DNA of 60,777 nucleotides, counting the filler, from Hausera hauseri (taxonomy: Eukaryota): NCBI GenBank assembly GCA_046269625.1. It is 11 parts of 11 records of this genome, joined end to end, with 100 filler letters (N's around TTAATTAATTAA, not from the genome) between each part and the next. Parts side by side here need not be neighbours in the genome. Positions count along the whole stretch, not along the records: positions 1 to 4,326 come from JBJURY010633886.1; positions 4,427 to 9,763 come from JBJURY010275951.1; positions 9,864 to 15,184 come from JBJURY010280285.1; 8 more parts are not named here. One strand, written 5' to 3'. Position 1 is the stretch's first letter, and each line of letters begins with the position of its first letter. The notes beneath the pieces were generated by a model, which worked only from the letters and a program-made list of their open reading frames with translations, was not told the origin of the DNA and searched no databases. The position numbers were made by a program, and so were the translations under genes. Of the stretch, positions 1-10,951 are shown in pieces.

Positions 1-431
1 TAAAGGCTACCTGACACTGAAGCTCAAAGGATTCAAGGAAAGGAGCGGCGTCAAATCCCCAATATGAAAAATGGGGAAGTTTACTATGATTTACATGACT
101 TACTTTGTGTTTTTGTGATTTTAGTTTTTCGCCGATCAATAAATAAATGTAATCATATTATATATTTTGTTTTCTTGTACAAAGTTATTTACTTCTACCT
201 TACTTAATAATAATAGGTTAAGTAAGTAACCGAAAACAAAACACAAAAGACACTGAAAAAAGTACATTATTAACACGGAAATAAAACACTGTACAATAAA
301 TAATCATTGTCATTAATTATCACAATATCCTGAGAAGATTGAATTGCCTATATCCGATCTGATCTGACAGCACCAAACGTGCTTTATTTCAACCTGCAAT
401 GTCCATACGCCCAACTCTTATTTCGTCCCAT

Positions 432-3400
432 TCACTTTCGCTTATCATCGTTACATGACAAAACGACTTTCGCATTAGTTATTGTGTACAACTGGTGCTT
501 AATTGATCGGATGATGGTTTCAGACACAACAGCCACTGATTGTCCTCCTTTTACTGCTGCTGCTTCTTTATATATACGGCGATAATCACCGTGGTCGATT
601 TCCGTCTGCTTCAGGTGGACTCCTTTGGCGCGCATTTTCGGTCCACAGTCCGTCAGAATACTGTAGCACTTTGAACGTAGGAATATCCATTCCTAATACC
701 GGACACGACCTTCACTTTCATCCTTGAAACAACCGATTTTGTCGGTGATCGCGCTGCTGTACAACAGATGATCCTCTGGATAGTTGGACGTGTCCAGTAG
801 TCCATCTGCCATCATTTGCTGCAGCAGTTGGTCGCGATTAACGTTTATCAGCTCAAGGAAAAAGCTGTCTGTTTCACCGACAATGATACTGATCTCATAG
901 CCATTGAACATTTGCCGGTAACGTGCCAAGTCGCGATACTGGAGCTCATACATTCGCAATTTGCTCAAGTCCAATACCATTTGTCTGATATAACTTAATC
1001 GGTCCAGAACGACTTCTCTGTTTAGTAGCATCGCAACCATTCCATCGGCAATGTGCACTGACCGCCGAAACTGCGCCTTACTCGTATACGTAACCAACCG
1101 CTTTTCGCTATTGCATAAGCGTACAATGAGCCGCTTTTTCAGATTCTCCACTGTTTTTCCATAGAGCGAATTGTTTTTCAGCTTGTAATAGTCCTTTTCA
1201 AACTTTATACAATCTGCAGCTCGTTTCTCCAAATTTCCGTCTATGAACGCCTTGAATATAAGAGCCTGAGCAAATCGGATTGCACGATACAGCTGTGTTA
1301 CGCGTACACCGAACTGCATTTATAACTGTATCAAATGCCAATGAACCACGTAATTCAGTTTCAATTCATGCGTCATGAGCAGTTTCTTCACTTTTGAGCC
1401 TGGCGGACATTGGTTAAATGGTGCGATAGGTAAACCATCCAAAACGTCATGTAGCTCATTTGGTACCACGAGGGCGACCTCCATCAGGTATCCGACTGAG
1501 CCTGCCATGTCTGCTTGTGGTAGGTTGACCACTATGTCGTCCAGATCTTGTGTGTCGACAACCCATTCGAATGAAACGTACGGCAAAAGTTGCGAAAGCG
1601 CCCAGCCGTACAGGTTATTAATATCAATATACAGCAGTGATATGGTATCGAAGGTAGCACTGACCTGATGCTTGCTGACAAATGTCATGCCGCCGCGAAT
1701 ATCAGCATCAAGCAGCCGGTACATTTCCGGGTCTTGAAGCAGCTCAATGTCTCGATTTAGTGACATTATAGCTGACGCCAAACTCATTCCTGGTATGGAA
1801 TAAAAGTTGAGTGGCTCCAACCTATCTTCAACCAATGTTTTCTCTTGAAACGTTTGGAACACATCGGCTAACAGGTACACTTCCAGTTTAAGATACTAAG
1901 GAATGTAATCCAACATGTTTCTACAGCCAAGTTCTGTCCAACACCTCTGTGCTTTCCGGTATTCATCCTCTGCAATACCTGTCCATCGCGGCGGTAATCC
2001 CTCTCCTGTCCGGAGTCGCTCATACGATGTTGCAAAGTCATATGGAAATATGCCTTTGCTGCGTACAATATGTGCGGAAAACTACGTCAGTACTATCGGC
2101 ACATCTGGCAAGGCAATTACCAGCTTTGCCAGAGATTTATTGAGAAATTGCCATGAATCGAGGAAGCGTACCTGAAACCAATTAATACGAGCAGACAATG
2201 ACAGGTATTTCTCCATCGTAGTCGGAATTACGGATAGTTCCCAGTGCGGAAATCCGTTTATGGCCCATTTTAAAATATAGTGACAATCATAACCCCTGAA
2301 GTTATGAAATACCACCGGCAAGAATGGCCGCACACGCTTTACTAAATTGCATGATTTGCATGCTGCTCCGAGATATTAATCGATAGAATGATCGTGATCT
2401 GGTACGAGCCGTTCCTGTGTATCGAACGGTAATATTCTGTGGCATAGGTAACATTCATCTGTGACTGCAAACGTCAGGCATTCATCTTCATTTGTCCACA
2501 TCAAGGGTTTATTGCTATTTCTACTGCACCAGGGTGAGATTTTAGTTTCCAATATGGTTTTCAATTGCTGCAAAAAATCACGTACACAATTCCATCCGTG
2601 GAAAACATAATATTGAGGTTGAAGACATGAGGCTTTTATTGTGACAACCAAAATTCCGAAGGCGATTGAAACATGTTTTTGGTCATATATTTTGCGCCGT
2701 GGTAGGATAGCTTCGATATCGGCATATACTACATATGCCGGACTATCTGTTTTTGGCCAATAAGTGAGTCCGAGTTCTTGTTTGACGGGCATGACATACA
2801 TTGTGGTTCTTGAAAAATTTTGTCTGCACAGTGTCACATGTTTCGCCAATGTTGTTTCCCACCTGAATCCATGAAGACATACAGGACAAAATTTACACTG
2901 TTTTTGGAGGAAACAATCATGCTCCATGTTTAGCAGTTTGTTCGGATTTATCACTGCATCGCAATGGTACTTTTCTTTTCTTTTCAGTAGCAACAAATTT
3001 ACTGAGAGGCCATTTGGGTATCAACTACAATAAACTATATGCACATAAGGATTTTCGTAAATTTCTTCATACACCGGTATTTCTACGATTGTGTTATACC
3101 GGAACACGTTGATTGTCAGTGTCGGATTATGCCGTTCCAAAGCAGAAATGGTTTTGAGTTTCATCAACATCTAGCTTTTATCTAAATCCAATTCGGAAAA
3201 ATACTGCCGATACTGTTTTGGACGAGATGCATTATGTCTGTACACTTCGTCATATTTCAATACAGCCAGAATACTGTAAAGAAAACATTATTCATCGTTA
3301 GTATTTTTTACATTCACTACCGCCGGAGACTGCTTCTGAGCTGCAGGCGTCGGTATGAATGATTGCCCGGACAAATATATTATATCACTCGACTTTGTTA

Positions 3401-3724
3401 TGATAAAGCTGAGGGTGACAATTCGTATAATTCACCATCCACTACTCTTTTCCGAGTAGTTGACGATTTTCTCCTCCAGCTTTTCGCCGACGTCGGTAAT
3501 AAAATCATTCCATAAGGTACAGCTCGATGTGACAGATACCATTGTTTCGTGTCACCTTCAATATTTTCAAACTCTGCAAGTGCATAATATTGCACTTTGC
3601 AGTGTTGGTGTTGATGTTGGAATTTTTCCACTTCTAATTCCACCCGGTTGCGCACATTTTGCGGAAAATATCTCAATTGCGCTGTTGTTGTTGTTTTCGA
3701 CGACATATTCGCTTTTATATCCAC
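432..3724 (-). pseudogene. Polinton/Maverick protein-primed family B DNA polymerase (pPolB), broken by stops and frameshifts
   Basis: Consecutive minus-strand ORF pieces carry YADIEA (exo I), CYLC..DHDH (endonuclease VII-like insert), FHNFRGYDCH, RFLDSWQFL, KGIFPY, IRGGMTF, YIDINNLYGWALSQ, KLKNNSLYGKT and GETDS (YxDTDS-like). Confidence 0.92.
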
Positions 3725-3735
3725 GTACGATCTGT

Positions 3736-3961
3736 TCAGATAGTACTTGATTGTAATGTCGGGTTATTCCTGTTGTATCTGCTCCTCTTTCTGCTGTTGC
3801 TGTTCCCGCTGTTGCTCTTTTTCTTCTTGCAGCTCGGTACCGGTTCTGATGTATTTGTCCAGACTTGTTGATGCCTTACGTTTTCTACTAGTTGTTGTTG
3901 TTGTTGCTGTTGTTGAAGGGATGCTGCTGCTGCTGCCGCTGCCAATTTTTGTTGATTTCAT
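3736..3961 (-). repeat. Low-complexity CAA/CAG triplet tract (poly-Q/T/S small ORF upstream of pPolB)
   Basis: gttgttgttg / ctgctgctg runs at ~3885-3945; a related low-complexity stretch precedes the second pPolB copy (21250-21400). Confidence 0.5.
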
Positions 3962-3989
3962 TAATATTTGTTTTTTTGACCACTACCAC

Positions 3990-4308
3990 TGAAACTGGTT
4001 CAAGTGGTTCTGGTGCTCATTGTAATATTGTTCATATCTTATTTTATCATCAACTATTGAATAACCGGGACAAACGTAGGCACTTTTACCGTGCATTATT
4101 GTGGCGCCATAGTATTGCTCTGTTGCACTATGCAACCACCAACGTCATGCACTGTACTTGTACAGTACCGTGGGTACATGGGGCAATGAAAAATAATCAT
4201 CTTTGACCGTGTAAATGGTCTGAGATGATGCTTGTGCATCTCATAAAAATTGGAGTACGGACATTGGGCTGAAATATTATTACATGTCGGACACAGATAT
4301 TTGTCCAT
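3990..4308 (-). pseudogene. Small Cys/His-rich Polinton ORF upstream of pPolB
   Basis: CPTC...FYEMHKHHLRPFT...STVHDVGGC; homologous to 20935-21231, which occupies the same position relative to the other pPolB copy. Confidence 0.6.
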
Positions 4309-4326
4309 TCCAATGTGGTAATACTT

Positions 4327-4426
4327 NNNNNNNNNNNNNNNNNNNNNNNNNNNNNNNNNNNNNNNNNNNNTTAATTAATTAANNNNNNNNNNNNNNNNNN
4401 NNNNNNNNNNNNNNNNNNNNNNNNNN
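4327..4426. other. Artificial contig spacer
   Basis: N44-TTAATTAATTAA-N44. Confidence 0.98.
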
Positions 4427-4595
4427 TAAACCCTTGATGTGGACAGATGAATATGAACCATTGATGTTTGCAGCCACAGATGAATGTTACCTGTGCCACA
4501 AAATATTACCGTTCGATGCACAGGAACGACTCGTACCGGACCATGATCATTTTACCGGTCGATACTTGGGAGCAGCATGCAATTCTTGTAATTAT
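4427..4595 (+). pseudogene. Polinton pPolB fragment (endonuclease VII-like insert)
   Basis: KPLMWTDEYEPLMFAATDECYLCHKILPFDAQERLVPDHDHFTGRYLGAACNSCN; close to 2350-2510(-) and 22630-22780(+). Confidence 0.85.
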
Positions 4596-4864
4596 ATTAA
4601 AAAAAGACATTAAACAAATTTGTTGGTGGCAGTGGATAGCAGGCAGGATTTTCAAAACCATATTCTTTTAAAATCCGTACTGACTAAATAATCCGTTTTG
4701 ATAACTTGGCAACGCACAATAGGACATTTTATGAAATAAAATTTTCTAAAGAAACATCGGTATTTAAACTTTTTTCATTCGAAATCAACCAATCAGAACG
4801 CACTGAGTTATACTGAAGGTAAAATGTATAATGAAGTTGTATTAAGTAGATGTTCGTAGTCAAA

Positions 4865-5245
4865 TCACTTTATTCCAAGAATAATAATTTTTCCCGTATG
4901 GAAAACATTAACACAGTGGATTAAAATATGTTAGATGTAATGCTGGAAATAATTCAGGCTTGTGTGAACATGCAACTTTTTTGTGTCAAGTTATTTAGAT
5001 TGATAATTTCGTTCAGATTCATACATAGGGTAATTGACTGAAGCGTTTCGATTTTGATATTTAGTGGTAAATCTGTTTCCACAATAGGTTTTCGATAGCC
5101 CATAATACGACATTTACCGTTTGAAAACATGATTATTTTGTAATCAGCATAATTAAGAATACACGGCCTTGGTTTCCAATCGTTAAATCGTCGATGTTGG
5201 AGTTTTTTTATCTATGTTTGCCTTATAATTAATATTAACTAACAT
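4865..5245 (-). pseudogene. Miniature intronless TATA-binding-protein-like gene, frameshifted
   Basis: Manual translation: MLVNINYK...KIIMFSNGKCRIMG...LQSITL..INLNNL...KPELFPALHLTYFNPLC/NVFHTGKIIILGIK. Both TBP repeats are recognisable (LIFxSGK and PELFPxL..IFxSGKIVLTG). Missed by the ORF track because of frameshifts. Confidence 0.75.
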
Positions 5246-5270
5246 TTTAATATGTGTACGCACACATCCC

Positions 5271-5330
5271 TATTTATACTTATTTTTACCTAATCAGAAT
5301 GAAGCATGTAGATAAAATTTAGTATAAATA
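5271..5330. promoter_or_regulatory. Back-to-back TATA boxes of a putative bidirectional promoter
   Basis: TATAAATA on the minus strand at 5271-5278 (~26 nt before the TBP-like ATG at 5245) and on the plus strand at 5323-5330 (before an ATG at 5366). Confidence 0.4.
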
Positions 5331-5365
5331 CAGTTCACGTTTGCAAACAAGTCATTTTCTGCAAA

Positions 5366-5925
5366 ATGGAATACAAACTATGCTGCATTCAATTAGACGT
5401 TGACGACAATGGAAAAGTCGTAATTGTTGACCCAAATGACTCAGAATAATTTAATGAAATAGCTGATGACACTGTTGTTAATGAACAACTTATTGATAAC
5501 AAAGTAGCAGATAAACTTGTTGCAGAATAATTTGAAGACATTGGTCTGGTCGAAAACAGTGATTATTTTGAAGATTATCATGACAAAAGTCGCCACATAA
5601 GCGTATATAATTATTATCAATATACTTTCTCTAACTGCTTTTATAGGATTGTGAAAGTACAGATGATGATAAACAATCTTATGATGAGTATGTACATCAA
5701 ACATCAACATTCTCTCAAAATGTTAAAAGCAAACAGGATGTCAATATTACCCATCTTATTGACCTACTAACTGATATTATTGAAAGCGGTGAACTTAACG
5801 GAACTACAATTGTACCTGAAGCCAAATTACCTACTACTGTACGCAAACATATTCCATTTTTTGCTCAATTTATGGCGATTTATGACATTGTTATAAAACT
5901 TGGTACAAATGAAAGAAAAGACTAA
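5366..5925 (+). pseudogene. Interrupted acidic hypothetical ORF divergent from the TBP-like gene
   Basis: MEYKLCCIQLDVDDNGKVVIVDPND... is D/E-rich with in-frame stops and ends near an AATAAA; no family recognised. Confidence 0.3.
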
Positions 5926-6184
5926 CAATCATCTTTGTGTTTTCATTAATAAACTGTATTTATTAATAAAACTGTAGTTTAATAAATTATTGTGTTCTTA
6001 GTTTTATGGTATAAAAAAATAAAAAGTCAGTGAATAAAAGATTTATTGTACAAACAAGTCACTGAGCACATAACGTGAATGTGTGTATTATTTTTCCACC
6101 CCATGACTCATCCGCGAACCACATCAATCCCAGTCCTTGCCAGAGAGGTTGATCTCATGTCCTCACTTCCTATTACTCAGGTCG

Positions 6185-6560
6185 CTTTAACCTTACAAAT
6201 GTACTGTTTCAATTGCATATAATGAAAATCATTCCATTCCCGCTTTCCTGTAATTCCATACAGTCTTCCTCACCATAATTGTTAAGTTCATACGGATACC
6301 AATTGCTATAGTCAACAGTTGAATTATCCGCCCATATGAATTTCCCTTCTGCTGCCTAATCGGTAAGGTCGATCCACACGTGTTTTGTGACAGTTAACTT
6401 TCGTAACACAACATCCACTTCAGCTTTTCCATGAATTGATACTAAGTGACCACTGAATGTTCTACAGTGGCTTTTACTTTCGTGGAATGTGGATTTCGAA
6501 AAGAACTGCCGATAACAATACCCCTAGAATTGTGTATAGTTAAACCAAACATCCAGTAGT
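6185..6560 (-). pseudogene. Intronless C-type lectin domain pseudogene
   Basis: GYCYRQF..STFHESKSHCRTFSGHLVSIH...HVWIDLTD*AAEGKFIWADNSTVDYSNWYPYELNNYGEEDCMELQEKREWNDFH..KQYICK has the WIGL / EPNN / WND / ICK pattern. Confidence 0.85.
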
Positions 6561-7249
6561 GTACTAACATTGTAAAATTGAAATGATTTCGGATAATGAA
6601 GTACGCTTGTCACTTTCATCGTTTTCTCAATCGGCAGCTAAATTTGATTTACTAACATTAATAGACTTATTAAATACGGATAACGTATTACTGTTAGTTC
6701 CCCGAGCATACAAATACACCCTTTATTATTAGTAATTTTCTTTATTTACTCCTGATTAAATAGGAAGCCCGTGAATTATAACTTCGTCTCTAACCTTGTT
6801 TTCTTTAGAACCCTAATGACCACTAGGCTATTCTCAAAGGTCTAAACTTATTTATGTCCTACCCTCTAACTTTTTTTCACCCTGGTAGCCACTAAACTCT
6901 CCTTAAAGGCTACTTTAACTAGTTATCAAAAACACAGTCAAACCCAAATATGAAAATAAATATTCTATCCCTCGTTTTAAACACTCAAGATAAAAAAGGG
7001 ATTCTAACTAACTTATGACGATTATATGCAAAAACAAAGAAAACAAGAAATACACTCACTCTAATAAAGCACTACAGAGAAACTAAATACAAAATAATAT
7101 ATGTTAGTGTCTATAAACCCAACTTTATATATTGTTGCAATCATGAGAAAATTTACAAAGATTTGCATTTCGTTATTTCTTAGTCACAAACAAAGTATTT
7201 TCACAGTACCGTTTTTGTCATTTAGGTACATTAATTACGGTAATTTGGT

Positions 7250-8799
7250 TACATAGGAAACTTCAACGTTCCAACACGCAGGGGCAAAGAATGCGCTTCA
7301 CCACTGGCGCCGGAATACTCATCGTAATCAACGTTGTCTGGCAGAGGAGCAATGAATGCTGAAGGCGGCGGTTGTGCGTTAAGAGGTAAATCGAGCTAAT
7401 TGATTGAGGTCGGAACAAAGCTTATCAGATGTTGGTGAATTTGATCGACTGTTGGTATCCAGATAGGGTCCATTATGTGAAATCTGGTTAATTGAAGGAA
7501 TAAATCGAAAATGGCATGAAGCATATTCTGATGATTTAACATCCCCAGTGAGCGAATGCGGTTTATTCGGCGAGCATCACGATACGTAACATGTCCCCCA
7601 AGGACCATGCTGTAATTCAACACACCTTAAGATATCAGTTTGAGCCAGAGAAAAACAGGATAAAAACAGGTCGACGTCAAAAGTGACAATCACTCGTCCA
7701 TAAGTGAATCCAGCCACGCGAAGGGACACCAATGCGAGATCTGCAGCAGTTTCCAACGCCTGAAGAGGTATACCATAAATGTGCGACTCCGAATTAGACA
7801 CACGCACGCGAAGGCTAATCATTGTGCAGTAACGTTACAATAACGTGCCGCTTTGCATTTCACCCAGGCATATACCAATGCAAACTTTAATGGCTCCAGA
7901 GAGAGCCGTTGCGACACCAACAAAAATGTAATCAGCGCCCACTGGTTGTCGGTTTAATCGCATAAAAGAACGGCGTTTATGCGCCGTAGGAGGTAGCGGT
8001 AAGAAAGAACAATTCATCAGTCGTGTAGCACCATTATTAGATTGAGACCAATATTCCAACCACGGCAACGAAATACTACATTCGATTTCTAGCATAATGG
8101 TCGTGGGCATGACATCTATTCGCACTTTTGGACCGTCAATAGCCAATACGGATGATGTGAAACGAATGGAGGAATATTCTGGAACTGGAAAATAAGACTC
8201 GACGTCTTGATCTTGCCAATAAAATTCCAGTTGACCCTCAGATATCGATAAAAGACTATCACGAAGATTATATTGTAAGTCCGATTGTTCAAGAAGCTTC
8301 TCTAGCAACAGTCGAAGCTGTATTGTTGCTTTTGGCGAAAACGATGAACTATAATCATTCTCTCTTAAAGGCTATTACTTTTTAACCAGTTGGGCAATGA
8401 AAAGGAGTTTTTATAAACGATGGTCGAGCGTGTACGAGCATTGGCATTGATGGCTTTGTACATATTATTAGAACGCGGTATTTCGTAAAATACATTGGTT
8501 GGTTTTACATCATCGGTTCGTATAAGTAGTCCTGGAAGATCTTGTAACTGTCGACTTTGCACTGTATTATCGATGAAACGTATGGAAAATTGAGTTGGCT
8601 GCAAAATTTCATCATTTGTAGATGTTCGTTTACCATCGTGTGGTATCGTTTCACCCAAACCATGTACCAAATTCACAAGATGAGAGGCCTGTGCATTTTG
8701 GATATTTACAATAGATGGTTTTCGCCTCTGTAACCACGAGAGGTAGGTTGGATCTGACACTGAAGGAAAGGAAGAATAAGAAAAATTCGCTACAGCCAT
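7250..8799 (-). pseudogene. Retroelement accessory ORF with C-terminal DEDDh (REX4/ISG20-like) exonuclease fold lacking catalytic acids
   Basis: ORF pieces 8365-8799, 7835-8308, 7577-7822 and 7396-7623 join via single stops or indels. DYIFVGVATAL...YCTMISLRVRVSNSESHIYGI...GRVIVTFDV...YRDA aligns with the 38158-38910 protein. Confidence 0.55.
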
Positions 8800-8829
8800 G
8801 CAGCTCGCAGCTGTAGCTAAAAGTAATCG

Positions 8830-9763
8830 TCATAAGATTACCTCATAATTTAGATCGTGTTTTTGATCATCAGGCTTGCTATTTTTAGTTTTATAACTAT
8901 TACGTTTAATGCTCTCATATTCGTCTCCATCATTTATCCGCAAATTCCAAAAATTTCGCCGAAGCCACCAAGTAAGAGCAAACACAATAATGATCATCCC
9001 AACGACTACAATAATAACGACAAGCCAAGAAAATAAGATTAAGTGATCAATAGGACTTTCAGCTGCAACGTTAAGAGAAGACTGCATATTTATTCTACCA
9101 TAATGACTAGATAAACTCATTCCTTCTGGGGGTATCTGGTGTGGTAGCAGTTCTTTTTGGCAATGGGCAACGAATTTCATTTTTGGTTTACTTTTACATA
9201 TAGGTGATGTTCGAGACAAGACATATCGCAGCATAGACGAAACAGTGGGGTGTACAAGTTTTTTGCTATAGTCTTTGAAACCAACAATGGCTTAGGTACC
9301 ATGAGTTTTAAGGTGGTATTGAGAAGCGTAAAATTATTAAAGCCAAGTATAATAAAGGTTAATTGGACAATATCGTAGCCAGTGCTTGAAATCTCAAGGC
9401 TATAATTCTTCGTGATCCGAATTTTATTAAAACCTCCATTCTCTACCTGATGTCCTGTAGCACTATAACACAGTACTTTTATTGCTATGTGATACGAGCC
9501 CAACAAGATTGTAACAATACCCATATGTTGCCGTATAAAAATTTACGGAACTCTATACGTTTCCTTTAATTTATCATTCTTTGTTGACGATACTCTCTCC
9601 CAAAGATATTCTTCTGATAGATTTAATGGTTCAGTTCGTGCTCGAATCCATTGGAAATTAATATATCGGCGCAGATTGCCTACGTTACAGCTGAGTTTTA
9701 GCCAGGCTGATTTGCTATAGTTAAACTCGCGTTGATATCTAACTACCCGTTTAGAGGTCTTCC
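8830..9763 (-). pseudogene. C-terminal part of an env-like membrane protein
   Basis: TM helix LILFSWLVVIIVVVGMIIIVFALTWWLRR plus cytoplasmic tail, N-glycosylation sequons, and an LFRLCC motif matching RVCC/QVCC of the env-like ORFs at ~19660 and ~36925. Confidence 0.5.
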
Positions 9764-9863
9764 NNNNNNNNNNNNNNNNNNNNNNNNNNNNNNNNNNNNN
9801 NNNNNNNTTAATTAATTAANNNNNNNNNNNNNNNNNNNNNNNNNNNNNNNNNNNNNNNNNNNN
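9764..9863. other. Artificial contig spacer
   Basis: N44-TTAATTAATTAA-N44. Confidence 0.98.
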
Positions 9864-10950
9864 ATGAACGTGTATAGTTGATGATAATATCGGATTGCTG
9901 CAAAAAGAATCCATTGAAGCTGAGACGGAAATTAGTTGGTGACGATTCTCGTTGTAGAGCCTCGAACAAATGTGCGATGGTTGCTGTTTTATGTACATAA
10001 TATGTATATTCGCGTTTATTTCCTAGTGAAAGGGTTAAAAAAATGAAATTTTTTAATATGTCAGGTGTATAGCGCGGTGCACAAAACACGGGTATGCCCA
10101 CAATATCCGAGTTGTAAAGGCTTGTTTTTCTGACCGGGGAGATCATTGATTTGAGCTGCGATGATTTATTATTGGCGTTGCGACAAAGATGGAGAAATTG
10201 ACTATTGTCAAAATATATGGTGACCAATTCATCGGGTGAACTTTTATATGTTAAAGAATTGGTACATTCATTAACATATGTATAAAAGAAATATGGTATA
10301 TTAATTGATTGAGAGTCATTTAATTGGGATTTGGTGTCGGAACCAATGAATAGGCGTAAACGTAAAGTTATTGATAGTGGTAAAAATGTGAACAGGAAGG
10401 ACGATCTTAGGTAGGGATAGTGAAGATGGTATCTGTTCATGATCAATAAGTAGCATTTTAAGTTGATGCGATGAGTCAAATTTATAACAAAATCTGATAT
10501 TGTTGTTTTAGTATGTGTGCGGTGTGTGTGTATATGTTTGTCTTGAAAGAAAAGATAGATAAAGGAAAAGACATGTTTATTTTGTAGAGTAAGAGAAGTG
10601 CAGAAGAAGGTATGTTCAGGTTTGGAGGTATAGTGCGCCACCGGAGGCACGACCGCGCACCAACGATAACTGTTGACCTTTCGAGTAACTGTATTGACGT
10701 TTTTTTCTTCTACGGAATTTCGATACAATTGGTTTATCATATTGTTTTTAAAAACGATTGGAAAATAAGTTAAGAAATGAATGTTCGTTTTCTGTTGATA
10801 ATATACCTTTAAGTCAAATGTTCTCTCCTTCATCCATCGAAAAAAATGTAAAAGTAAGTAATTCCTATATTTCTCCGAATGCGTGTCGATATTTACGCCT
10901 TCATTCAATCGATGGAAATCTTTTATATTACTGAACTTTAAACGTTTCAC
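9864..10950 (-). CDS. Continuation of the mosaic ORF: SCAP-like start followed by two ubiquitin-like domains; runs off the contig end
   Basis: INVKRLKF continues SCAP SIDIRRMEL across a 1-nt shift. FIYLFFQDK..TTISDF..TLRLRLFIG and FIFLTLSLGNKREYTYYVHKTATIAHLFEALQRESSPTNFRLSFNGFFL resemble beta-grasp Ubl domains. Confidence 0.5.
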
Positions 10951-10951
10951 A

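Noticed and set aside
432-3724. Alternative genetic code or programmed recoding to explain the in-frame stops
   Set aside because: All three stop types plus frameshifts and missense changes in catalytic motifs occur, at different sites in different copies; this is ordinary decay
4371-4382. Recurrent TTAATTAATTAA as a biological repeat or CRISPR-like unit
   Set aside because: It is always centred in N runs of fixed length, so it is a synthetic stop linker
6571-6720. Possible short 3' LTR of the env/exo element (aaaggg|TGTA...TTACA on the minus strand)
   Set aside because: No second copy in the window and only a weak PPT; cannot be supported
7250-9763. Endogenised RNA-virus 3' gene block of many small ORFs
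   Set aside because: The pieces join into two longer ORFs homologous to the env/exo cassette at 36492-38910, and no RdRp or nucleoprotein is recognisable
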